From the NCBI RefSeq assembly GCF_000150275.1, contig NW_002060950.1, positions 3,330,585 through 3,375,187 of the forward strand: DNA of 44,603 nt, written 5' to 3'. Positions 23,394 through 34,747 of this stretch are shown one piece after another. This DNA is from Trichoplax adhaerens. Taxonomy: Eukaryota; Animalia; Placozoa. Position 1 is the first letter of the stretch. Each line of letters begins with the position of its first letter. The notes under the pieces are model-generated. The model was not told where the DNA came from, made no database searches, and worked only from the letters and a program-made list of their open reading frames with translations. The position numbers were made by a program, and so were the translations under genes.

Positions 23394-25350
23394 TTCCTTG
23401 AAGAAATTAAATCGATCATAGTTTATCAATGCGCTTCACTCACTGTAATACCATCTAGCGAATAGAATAAACCTTTACAGTTACCATTACAATTCTAAGA
23501 TAGGAATTAGCGAGATGTAGTCATAATTTTACAATAATTTACTGTCTAATCATTGTTCTATATTTACTTTGCAGTGCTACACGATAACTAATATATGGAT
23601 GGTATCGCTTATTTAATAATAACAAGTACACGTAATAATAACGGCAGTCTAATTTCATTAAAGACTAAATTGCTGTTCGTTGCTCGATATATTTAATTTA
23701 AATTGAGATTTACCACAAACTAACTTTCGAATAAATTGGCGTAAAGAAAGAGTTGTTAAGTTCAATTCTTTTGACACTCGTTATACATAAAATATCAGCG
23801 TGGCTGTGATTCGGTAATATGAGTCAATTCGTGACTATTTCTAAGCAAAATGTCAGTTTACGACAATAACTGTAGTACAGCCAGTATATTAAATCATCAC
23901 GCGTATGGTTTACAGTTCTTTAAAAATTAAAGGAAACTCGAATATATTAATGCGAATTAAGTTATTCATGAATTGTTGCTAAAAATTTTATTCATTTCAT
24001 TTCCATGGAAGTTGGACACTGTGTACACTAAAAACCCTCATATACGTCTCTAGTGTACACTATACAGTAATGGTTGAACTCTGTACAAGCAAAGATTTAG
24101 CCGTGATGCAAAGTTAATTTCATAACCTAAACACAATAGTGGTGACTCAGTTGAAAATAATGACTTAAAATAACTGAATGAAATTTATTCAATGATTTAG
24201 GCATTTAATAGCATCAATTTATAAATATTAATAAAGTTGAAAATTGATCATTTTAGCTGATATTTAAATAAAAAGATATCCAACAAAATTGTACTAATGA
24301 TCACCAATTTGATTCTCATAGCGAACAAATATTGGGCAAAATTTAATAACCTAATATAAATAACGTAAAATTCAGTCTCCGCCAGGCCATGGTATTCATT
24401 ATTGTAATATTTGCTGATAGTGAAAAGCGGCTATAACAGCAAACAATATTACATCTATGATTTCTATCAACTGTATGTACGTGTTGAAATGACAATAATA
24501 TTAGTATCCTGTTTTCTTCCAATTTTATGACTCACAATAGAAAGATTCCCGATTAAATTGATGAAAAATTCACTTCTAAACTTTAAACATTCAAGATGTA
24601 TTGATAAAACTTAAATAAAGTAAAAGCATCAGCATCCTGTTTTTCTTTCTAACTCATAATTTGTAATAACGGATAATTGGGAGCGCACAAAGATCAATAC
24701 AATAAATAATTAAAAATGTCATAATTGGTATCAACTAATTATACCACCGTATATATATTGAGAAAATTGTAGTTTAACTATGTCCTTTCTAAGATTTTAA
24801 AACAGCCTGAAAACATTATGTATTTTAATATACACTATGACGTCTTTTCCAGTAATTAAATTGCGAAGACTACACAAAACTATTATCATTTCTAATGACA
24901 CTAACAATTTATTATGAATAATAAATTAAGTTACTCACAACTGTTAGTTTGCAGTTACTAATTTCGATTCCATTGTCAAAGACTATTACAATAACCTAAG
25001 AGGTTTTTCATAGAATATGATTTATTCCATTTACGTTCAAAATTAATAATTCTCCTTAATCATCTAGCCAATACAGAACTACCGGTTGAAAAACAATAAT
25101 GTCATTTTCTTTCTTTAGCTTTAGGAAGGCATTTTAATAGTTATGTCAATATTCGATGATTCTTTATATAGCACTAGATGAATTTTCAATAATAGTCTAA
25201 ATTTAAGTCTCTTAATCATATTTCATAAGTCGAGACGATAGCCATATCTGTTAAGGTTCGGCAAGCACAAGGGTAAAGCTTTGGACGAGAAAACTATTAA
25301 CCAACTCAAAATCGACGAGAAAGTCTTCTATTCTTAATGATATTACCATC

Positions 25351-26469
25351 ATGAATACGACATCTTGTAATAGCGGTATTTGCCAAAATTTGACTAATGC
25401 TACAATTCCTCCAAATCAATCACTTTTTGGCCCAACATTCATCGTCTTCCTTCTTGGCACCACGGTTGGCATCATCCCTAATATAATCATTTTTGCCGGT
25501 ATCTATCGAAAAAGATCGCTACATAAACCTACATATTATTTTATAGCTAATTTAGCGATCTGCGATCTTGTTTTAAGCATAGCAACACTCTTCAATGCAG
25601 CTTTGAATGTGATAGCCATAAGCGCTAGATTTGAAATTCATACACATAGCATCTTATGTAAATTTTTAACTTCTTTCCCCGTGTACTGGTCCTACACCGC
25701 TTCTATAGAAACACTAATTTTTATCTGCTTTGAGCGTTATATGGCTGTTTTTAAGCCCATGATGAAGTTGACCAACAAAAAATCAAAGCATTTATGCTTT
25801 ATTGCATGGATAATTTCTTTAATAATTTCATTTCCAACTATCATTACCACAAGAACCAATAACTTGCGGCCTAGATATTGTGTACCATTTGTAGAATATA
25901 CAGCCTGGACAGGCATCTTCAATATGACGCTATTCATTCTGCAATTTTTTTTGCCAGCTTTAATAATGATTACCGTCTATTCGTTAATACTTCATCGATT
26001 GTATAAGAAAAATATGGCCAATCAAACTGAATCTGATAGAAGTAAAAAGAAAAAGCGTAGAACTATCTACATGTTGATTATTACTACTATTATTTTTTTA
26101 GCATTCTCAGCGCCCTGGTCATTAACATTAGCTATCGTAGCTATTACTGGTAAACTACCTTATCAATTAGCGGAATATTCCCAATATCCGACATTGCAAT
26201 TTATAATTACATTGCGAAGGTTAATGTTGCCTTTTACTTCGTTATATAATCCTTTCGTGTACTGCATATTTCAGAAACAAATTAGGCAACTACTTTTCCC
26301 TTGTACTTGTTGCAATATTAAAAAGAAACTTAGTGTAAATGTAGAGCCAACTTCACAATCTAGAACGGATCTTAAATCCCACGAGATCTCTAAAGGAGCA
26401 GCTCTATGTTCTACGCAATATTCACAGTCATACCAAGTTGGAGCAGCTAAAAATTATTTGGCAACCTAA
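25351..26469 (+). CDS. Orphan class A (rhodopsin-like) GPCR, intronless ORF, 372 aa
   Basis: ATG to TAA intact with seven hydrophobic segments. N1.50, NLAICD, TM3 Cys plus ECL2 Cys, ERY, W4.50, P5.50, P6.50 and NPFVY are present, followed by helix 8 and Cys residues. N-glycosylation sequons lie in the N-terminus. Confidence 0.95.
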   Translation: MNTTSCNSGICQNLTNATIPPNQSLFGPTFIVFLLGTTVGIIPNIIIFAGIYRKRSLHKPTYYFIANLAICDLVLSIATLFNAALNVIAISARFEIHTHSILCKFLTSFPVYWSYTASIETLIFICFERYMAVFKPMMKLTNKKSKHLCFIAWIISLIISFPTIITTRTNNLRPRYCVPFVEYTAWTGIFNMTLFILQFFLPALIMITVYSLILHRLYKKNMANQTESDRSKKKKRRTIYMLIITTIIFLAFSAPWSLTLAIVAITGKLPYQLAEYSQYPTLQFIITLRRLMLPFTSLYNPFVYCIFQKQIRQLLFPCTCCNIKKKLSVNVEPTSQSRTDLKSHEISKGAALCSTQYSQSYQVGAAKNYLAT

Positions 26470-27880
26470 AAGGGTACTTAAAGTTTATTGGCATCAAGAA
26501 AATGATAGCCCCTCATCTATGGCTGGAGTTAGGTATTGATACTCTCTTGCCGCAGTTTAGTTTACTTGTACATCCTTCGCTGCATTTTAAGACAAAATTT
26601 ATCAGATGTGTTACTAGAAAGACAGATAATGATTAATTATAATACAATTTACGATCTTATGTGCACGATCAAGACAATCAAGGAGATATTTTCAATCTCA
26701 CTGGTAGTGAAGTATTCCTACCAGCTGAATTAAAAGTCAAATATTTATATTTGCCACCAACATGTATTAATTCTCGTAGCATAATGCGCCAGCGATATTT
26801 CTATGGTCCGTTTGTTTCTATAACTACTTATTAAGATCAATACTCCCGGAAAATTTTTTAATTTTTCCTTAAACTTCAAGGCAGAAACAATCGAAACATC
26901 TCCTTTCGCGTAGGTAATAAATTATCGCACTCTCTTTATTTTAAAAAGCAAGTCGCTTTTCTGTCTTATATTCTATTTGTATTCGCGATCAGCAACATTA
27001 TGTATATATACATAGAATTTAATACAAGTAAACAATATCGGCTGTCGTGTATTCCAAGATCTAAATTTTTACAACTTTGTGCTCTTCTTTTAAATATGCT
27101 CGAACACGTGTATTACTAGAGATTTATTAATTAATCACGATTAAAACACGATCTAACCTTTAATTTCTGTTATAAATTAGGTATCTGACCAATTCTTTTA
27201 GTGATCTGTCACCTTTAATAGTATCATCTTAAACTTGCAATAGATTTATCTTCATAAAGCAAAACTAATTCCATAAATAGTGAAATTTAATAGCTAATAA
27301 ATTTTAGGATGTAATAGCCTGACAATTGTCAACGAAATTATCAACCTCATAAACTACCCTTATAGCCAATCTAGGTCAAGAAGTTTTGATACTGGAGGAG
27401 TTTTAATTTGCCTGTGATTACTTCATGGTTTATGTGTAATTTTATTTATCCCATGAGCATTTTAGCAGCTTAATGCTTAATGACATCTAATTTTAAAGCT
27501 TTATTTAATAAAGAATTCGATATTGGTAGCCAAGTAAATAAATATAGTGCAACATCCTAGCAACAGGATATCTGTCTACCGAAAGTAACGTAGATTCAAT
27601 AGTCTCAGATGTAAAGTATCAGCTGAGCGTTTTTCTATTTTAGCACTAGTATTTAATGCCCAATATTCAAATATAACTATTCAATACCTTTGAAAGCGTA
27701 ATTTTTTTCTTTTTGCAAAGTGAAAATATTTATATGTCTTCTAGCTGTAATTGTCAACACAGTGGTATTATAGAAAAATAACAATAAACAGACTTTTAGT
27801 GATAAGTTTAAAAGATACTTTTTTTCATTATCATGCCCATAAGACAGACATCAATTTAATACCAACGCTGGTTTCAATTA

Positions 27881-29395
27881 TCAGGCGCCGTAAGAAGTTA
27901 AGGTTAATAAATGAGATATCATGTTACCAATTAATTGGCTAATTAATCTCACAAATATGGTTGTAAATCGAAAGCGTTCTGGTAAATAAACTGTATCTTC
28001 CTGCAATAAAACTAAAATAATTTTAAAGTAAAGTTTATCCAATTTCTTGAGTGAATAAGCATATTCCATCATGAAATGATTGAATAGTTTATCCATTAAT
28101 TTTAAAATCAAATCCTTACTTATTTAAGCTTGTCAAATTGTATTAAAATTAAATTTTTAGAAGCACTAGACTAAAGTAGATTACAATAACGCGATGAATA
28201 AGCTTATTATTTAATCCACGCTATAATACAGGCCTAATCAGAAATTTGTAATAAATAGCTGCTTTCGCGTATTAATTATGTAACGAAATGTGAAATGTAG
28301 AGATCAAGCTACAAAACTTTGAACAAACTTTGATTCTGATTTCGTGGCTCTTTGGTCAACTTGACGAAACTTTGAAACTAAATAAAAAAATTGGAGAAAC
28401 AGCCGAGCAAGAATTTATGAAAAATGTGAGAGAGAAAGATCAACAAACTTTCAGATACTTAATTCTAAGTATCGTAAGTGAAAAATAAAATGACAGGACT
28501 AAAACTGTTTACAACCAAACAACCTAACAAAAAGAAGAACGTTTTCACTTAAAAAAGTTTGACCACGAAGACCTTTAAAACTAAACATTTACCAACCAAT
28601 CACTCTTAAAATCGACTTTAGAAAATTACATTGCACAATTTAAGAAAACAAAAATTATTCAAAGTTCAGATACAATTTACTTAATGATGACATTATAAAA
28701 TACTATAAAGCTAACAAACTAACTATAAAATACATCAAGCTTCACTTCTAACATAATTCCTAATCATTAAACATTGAAAAAGTTTAAAAATTAAACTTTG
28801 AACATCAAAATTAACCATAAAAATAAAAATTTAACTGCTTAACAATCAACACGATCGCTACTATTAGCTATCTTATTTACTACTTTCTCATCTAAAATTT
28901 CCTAATATAACTTTTGCTATTTGAACCGCAATTCAGTCCTAAAAATCTGACATTCTAAAAATCATGTAATTACTTATTAAAAATTTTATATGGCAGATAT
29001 AACTACTTTTCTGACGTTAGTATTGACAGTTGATGTTTTAACACGAAGTTGTACGGTAACTATACGATTATGCCATACGTTAGAGTAATGTACGTTACCG
29101 TCATGTTATAAATTCCCTTTCTCTATAGATAGGGTTTTGCGACTGAGTCCAATTCATTTACAATCTCGATAGACTATCAAACATCCTTACTTTAAATTAA
29201 GCGATTGCTCTTAGATCATTTCTACAGTAATCTTTATAAACCTTGTAAAACAGTAAAGAAGAAAGGATGGTGACATCGCGATTTGGCAGAGTAAAACTTA
29301 AAGATACTATCATTTTCTAGGTAATTTCTATAGTGAAGTAATAATAGCCTCATACTAATAGCTGTAATAGATTCTGCTTTTAGTCCTTTACTACA
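27881..29395 (-). mobile_element. LTR retroelement fragment, family A copy 3 (LTR ~29020-29395, PBS-like motif 29003-29019, decayed internal frame to ~27881)
   Basis: The LTR aligns with copies 1 and 2 and begins TGTAGTAAAGG on the minus strand. Internal translations FLQFFYL...ESKFVQSF and LVLLQEDTVY parallel FLDKYDL...ISKFLKSL and LVLYD*TTVY of copy 2. The left boundary is approximate. Confidence 0.6.
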
Positions 29396-32376
29396 ATCAG
29401 TCTTGAAAAATTAATACAAAAAGTAATTCAATGACATCTTTGTTCTATTTCGTATTCCACTTATTTTTACAGCTTAAGTCACTCTCCTCATTAGTTAGAA
29501 ACATACTTATATAACTCTAGACAAATGAATACATTTCTTACAATTGCAGATCTATGAATTTGCTTGACTATGTCAAGCAAGTATGTCACACTATATCTCT
29601 GGCATGATTAGAGCACATATTTAAAATTTACTGTTACTCAAAGCAATAACGAATAAACATTCACCTACTGTCACAAAACAGCTTTGCAACAAGATAACGC
29701 AATATACGATCAATAAGTCAATTTCTTGAACCACGTATCAAGGAACGATATCTGCACTATCACAAACACTTTTGCTCTACTAGCAGACTACACAAAGACT
29801 TAAACGCCTCGTATTTTACGTTAAACACTAAGTTGGACAATTCTTCTTTATTTCACGATATACTGCATTTATATACTATTCCTCAATAGTTCATGAGTCA
29901 TAGTTAATACAATTAACATTAGAATCATTTACTGAATTAGATATTAATTTTAGCTACTGCTCCCTTAATGCAGACAACAGTATTTACGAACATAGACATA
30001 TAATGACTAATACAGAATAGTCAGATTACGATATGTCCTATCACGGAACATTTCCATGATAATTTACAGTCTACCATAAGTAAATTACAATCACAATGAT
30101 TCGAACTGTAAGTTGATGATTTGCATTCCCTATTATAACTATTAATTTCAGTATGTGTATAAGTGTCACTGTCATAAAAAGTCAGTGCTATATTAAAATA
30201 CAGTATATCCAAATTAGAAGTTAACTAAATAAGTATAGTCTAATAGAATTATCCTAACATTGATATTTCTACTGTAATACAGTATATAACACTGTAACAC
30301 CTACGTAATCAATAGATTTCCAGTTATATATTAAGCGAAGGCTAATTTTAAGATTCTTCTTTTATTAAAATAAATTGTAACATTAATTGAACCAGTTTTT
30401 TATCTATTTGAACATAATAGATAAAGTAGCAGTGTATAAAGAGGTAGATTTAGAATTAAAGATAACTACCTTCCATATTGATCACAGATGCAATTTCATT
30501 ATATTATATGAGAATTTAACAAAACCCAATGACTTTAGATTCTAATTGTGAACATTTCTTACTTATGGATAGATTACTAATTTAATAACATTTTAGAGGC
30601 CTGTGTGATCACTTACTAAAACAATTTAGATTGCATTAAATGTAAAAACCATTTAGTAGCGATTAAATTAGCAAGATCTCCAAGTGTGGTAAGTATTGGT
30701 GTTATTCGATAGTAAAGATAAGTACTGGAGTTAGCAAAGCTTGGTTTCAAAGGTAGTCGCAAGTGAAAGTTCCTTTATGGTTAATTATACATGGCAGAAA
30801 ATTCTCTCAAGCTTGTATTAATAATTTCAGAATTACCCTATAAATTAACTATAAGTTTCTCTTTACCCATCTAAATTGCATTACAAGTTGGATTACTTCA
30901 AAAGATAAACAAACACGGTCGTTTATCAAACAATTTATTTTATTTATAATCGCTCTAGAGTACCAGATCGATATTAATGAAATTGCCGCCAACAAATACA
31001 TAAGTACAAAAGATTGAAAGTCAGATTAATGAAATGAGACCATTTCTAAATCATTCTCAGCCCCAAGGAAGACTTTTTCTAAGGTAAGGTAACAGCCTAA
31101 TACCAGCAGCTAAACTATTATATATGTCTGGTAATATCGAATTAGCTATTTCAGCAAATAACTATGTAAAATCTGAGCAAATTACTAATGATAAATCTAT
31201 TAATCAATGTTTAATTTGATGAATATATATCTGCTTGTAATGTCTTCTACAATGTATTTTAATTGTTTTCGCTAATGATTTATTGAAATTCCATTCAAAT
31301 AGCAGAAGGTACAAAGCAATTATTAACGTAAAACAAAAAAGTTCATGTAGATTGGATAAACTAATTAGTGTTATATCAGGTGATAGTACTCCTATTTAGG
31401 TATCTACATCTTATTCCACGTCTAAAGTCTCTAAGAATCCTGATTCCAATCTTCTTCGATTGTCTATGTTATTCATGCACATTAATATCGATAAATTTTT
31501 ACTTGATATACACTAATAATTATCTTGACTATGAACTATGAATGCCCTATATAAATTATGACCAGCTCTACGTAATATCTATAATATCAAATCCATTATC
31601 TAGCACAACGTAAATTAATCAGCCTTTCAGAGCATCTACTCAGCATTAATGACAACCTATTGGCACTTCTTATAACATTTTTACGTTTGAAAATGTTCCA
31701 TTATCATTTTAGCATAGTACGTAAAACTTATATATTTGGAATAGTAAAAGCATTGCTGCAGATACCGATAGTTTTAGTAGTAACAAATAACACTAAACGA
31801 TGCTCGTATTGAAATCAAATAGTTACTGCCAGTCATAGTAAATAGCTTTTACTACATCTAAGGCACAGAATCTAACAAAATATGATACGTCTAAGCATTT
31901 GTATGAATTTTATCAACCGGCATTGCATACTTTCAAAAATAAAATCATACTCATATTCAAACTAACATTTATGCAAATCGACGTCTGCTATATTATATTC
32001 GCACATATTTCTACTAACATAAGGTACTAATTATGAATATCTCGTAAAATTGCCAGTACTAAAGAAAAGATACCTTGAGCGTCGCATCAGTTTTTTCAAT
32101 GCTATTAATTTAGATTATAACTTTAATTTGCAAATAAGTATAGTAAGGCACTGAAGAATGACAACGTCTCCTATCAATCAAGATCAAATTAAAGCTACTA
32201 AAGGATTACAGCTATCCTCAAAGAGCAGTCGCGCAAATTTTCTTTAAAAATGCATGTGATAATTATTAAAATTGATCAATTTAGTAATTATATAGTAATT
32301 TTTGAATTTTTCATCAGCTAACCTTAATTGTACTCGCATAAAATATTATTAACGATATTATTAATAAGTAAATTTT

Positions 32377-32725
32377 TGTATAGCTGACGTAACATGATTT
32401 CCATATGGTAACTTATCGAGGAATGTGTTAATATTAATCTATGACATTTTGCATATTTTTAATAGATAACGCATAGTGTACAATATTATCTATAAATTGA
32501 TAATTAGTCTTTACCTATAAATTGACCGACTTTTTAATTAAGTTTGGATTCAACTATATCTGAGAGAGACTAATCGAGTTGCTATTCCTCATAGCGATAA
32601 GAGATCGTCAATATTTAGAATGAAATTGTAGGTAATTTCAGAGGCCAAACCTGACAGTAGTCAAATAGTTTTAATATTCTGTAGTGTTCATTTCTTCCAT
32701 CGTTTCCAATTAAGAATTGAAACAC
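32377..32725 (+). repeat. Truncated family F LTR copy
   Basis: Starts TGTATAGCT and is colinear with 10222-10590. Similarity is lost after ~32725. Confidence 0.7.
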
Positions 32726-33646
32726 GCACATGCTGTCCGAAATTTTCTCTTGCATTATACTTAATTTAAGTCATTTGTTAATAGAGAATTTCATTAATGG
32801 TCTTAAATTATTGCAATTTCTATTCATTAAAGACAAGAAAAACAATATTATTTCTGCATTCAACCAATTGCCAATGACTACAAATGATAATTTTTTGTTA
32901 TCAAAATGCTTCTTAATCGTAAATTAGGTATAACCTACCTGACTATATCCCTCTTAAACTGAATCAACGGTACGGAAAATTCATGGGAATATGCATATTA
33001 ACTATAACGAATATTTTATTCTTGCTCTAGTTCTACTGGCAGCAATCGCTACCCTTCCCAATATTTCAATAAATTCGATTTTTATAACCTTATTTATTAG
33101 AAAGTATTCTGAGTATAATCAATTTTATTTTGTAGAAAAACGTTACAGTAATTACAGCGATTAATAACTTTATAAACAAAAGCCCGAATACCATGTGTAA
33201 AAGATAGTGAATACTCAATATTTGCATACGAATTGACGGCGTAAACATCAGTATCGACATTTTTAGATCAATTATTCCTTAAATACTTTTTTCAGTTCTT
33301 TATACTTACACAACTACGCATTGTTTTATACACCAACACTGGCTGGTTGCTCTCAAATGATTTACAAAACTAACTTAGTAGCATCAAAACTGAACGAATT
33401 TTGTTGTTCATAAAAAGAAATATCCTACTCATCTCAAACCTGGTATTTCAGTTATCATTAGCAAAGCTATTATATAATTATCAATCAAATCAGAATAAGA
33501 GATAACATGTTTTCTTTCCAACTCTGACCACTATGTGCATTTCTTATTCGTTGTAAAAGTAATTTCGACTCCGAATCTTACATCGAAAACAGAAAAAAAA
33601 AATAATTACTTGTGTGCTATTTCTGTAAGAAAATTTTTATAACAAT

Positions 33647-34747
33647 ATGAATATCACTAGGCTATGTGCCTATTCCAATCACAGCTACTGTAGTAATAAT
33701 ACAAACCAATCAATTCCTACAAAAGTCGATACCAAAGCTCTTTTAATTACTGGTATTGGAATTGCTTTTGGCCTTCTTCCTAATATGATCATCATCGTTG
33801 GCATACATAAAAAGAAAGTCTTTCAGAAGCCTACATTTTATCTTATGGCCAATTTGGCAAGTTGTGATCTATTGTTGGGAATTTCTATTCTATCTAATAT
33901 TTTTATGTCGTTAGCAGTCAATCTTTCCAAGTTATCCCCAATAATTCATGAAATTCTGTGTAAAGTCTTATCTACATTTTTTCTATATTGGTCCTTCAAT
34001 GCTTCGGTCCAAACACTAATTATAATCAGTATTGAACGATATAACGCAATCCTTCGACCAACAAAGAAATTAACATCTAAAAAAGCTAAAATGCTTTGTC
34101 TGCTTGCTTGGAGTTTGTCTTTCCTCATTTCAAGTCCATTCTTGATTACAGCTACAAACTTAAATAAGCAATGTGTTGCATTTAAATCGCACAATATTTG
34201 GGTAACAGTCATGATGGCAATCTTGATTGCAGTTCAATTTGTCATTCCTAGCGCAGTAATGTTCACTCTATACGCGTTAATAATATGCCAACTGAAGAAA
34301 AAAGATCTAGCTGGACGAAATCAATCTATTAACAGCAAACGGCTAAAACGTAAAACTGTTTACATGTTATTTACGACTACAGTTGCTTTCATCATTTTTT
34401 CCATACCGTGGGTTGCTTCTTTACTTATCGTAGCTGTAACTGGCAAATTTTCTTTTGAACTTAAGCAAGATTTTAGTCAACCAGTGTTGCAATCGATTAC
34501 CGAAATGGGCACATTGTTACTCCCACTAGCGACCGTGTATAATCCAGTTGTTTACTGTATCTTCAATCATAATATTCGGAAATTATTTTTTCTATACTGT
34601 TACGATCGCAATAACCAAATTAATCCGGCTCGAACTTTAAACTCATCCCGCTCTAAAAGCGAAAGTCGCAATGATAAATTTAAAATATCATCGAGGCGTA
34701 CTAATCATCAAATAAACCAACTTTCTTTCGTTACAAATATGAACTAG
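33647..34747 (+). CDS. Orphan class A (rhodopsin-like) GPCR, intronless ORF, 366 aa
   Basis: Intact ORF paralogous to 25351-26469. Motifs NLASCD, LCK, ERY, LLAW, VIP, IPW and NPVVY are present. Confidence 0.95.
   Translation: MNITRLCAYSNHSYCSNNTNQSIPTKVDTKALLITGIGIAFGLLPNMIIIVGIHKKKVFQKPTFYLMANLASCDLLLGISILSNIFMSLAVNLSKLSPIIHEILCKVLSTFFLYWSFNASVQTLIIISIERYNAILRPTKKLTSKKAKMLCLLAWSLSFLISSPFLITATNLNKQCVAFKSHNIWVTVMMAILIAVQFVIPSAVMFTLYALIICQLKKKDLAGRNQSINSKRLKRKTVYMLFTTTVAFIIFSIPWVASLLIVAVTGKFSFELKQDFSQPVLQSITEMGTLLLPLATVYNPVVYCIFNHNIRKLFFLYCYDRNNQINPARTLNSSRSKSESRNDKFKISSRRTNHQINQLSFVTNMN

Noticed and set aside
25100-25125. Pyrimidine tract plus AG about 230 bp upstream of the GPCR ATG as a 5' UTR intron acceptor
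   Set aside because: Plausible, but such tracts are common at this AT content and it cannot be supported without transcripts.
25351-26469. Opsin identity for the array receptors
   Set aside because: Position 7.43 is Pro, not the retinal-binding Lys.
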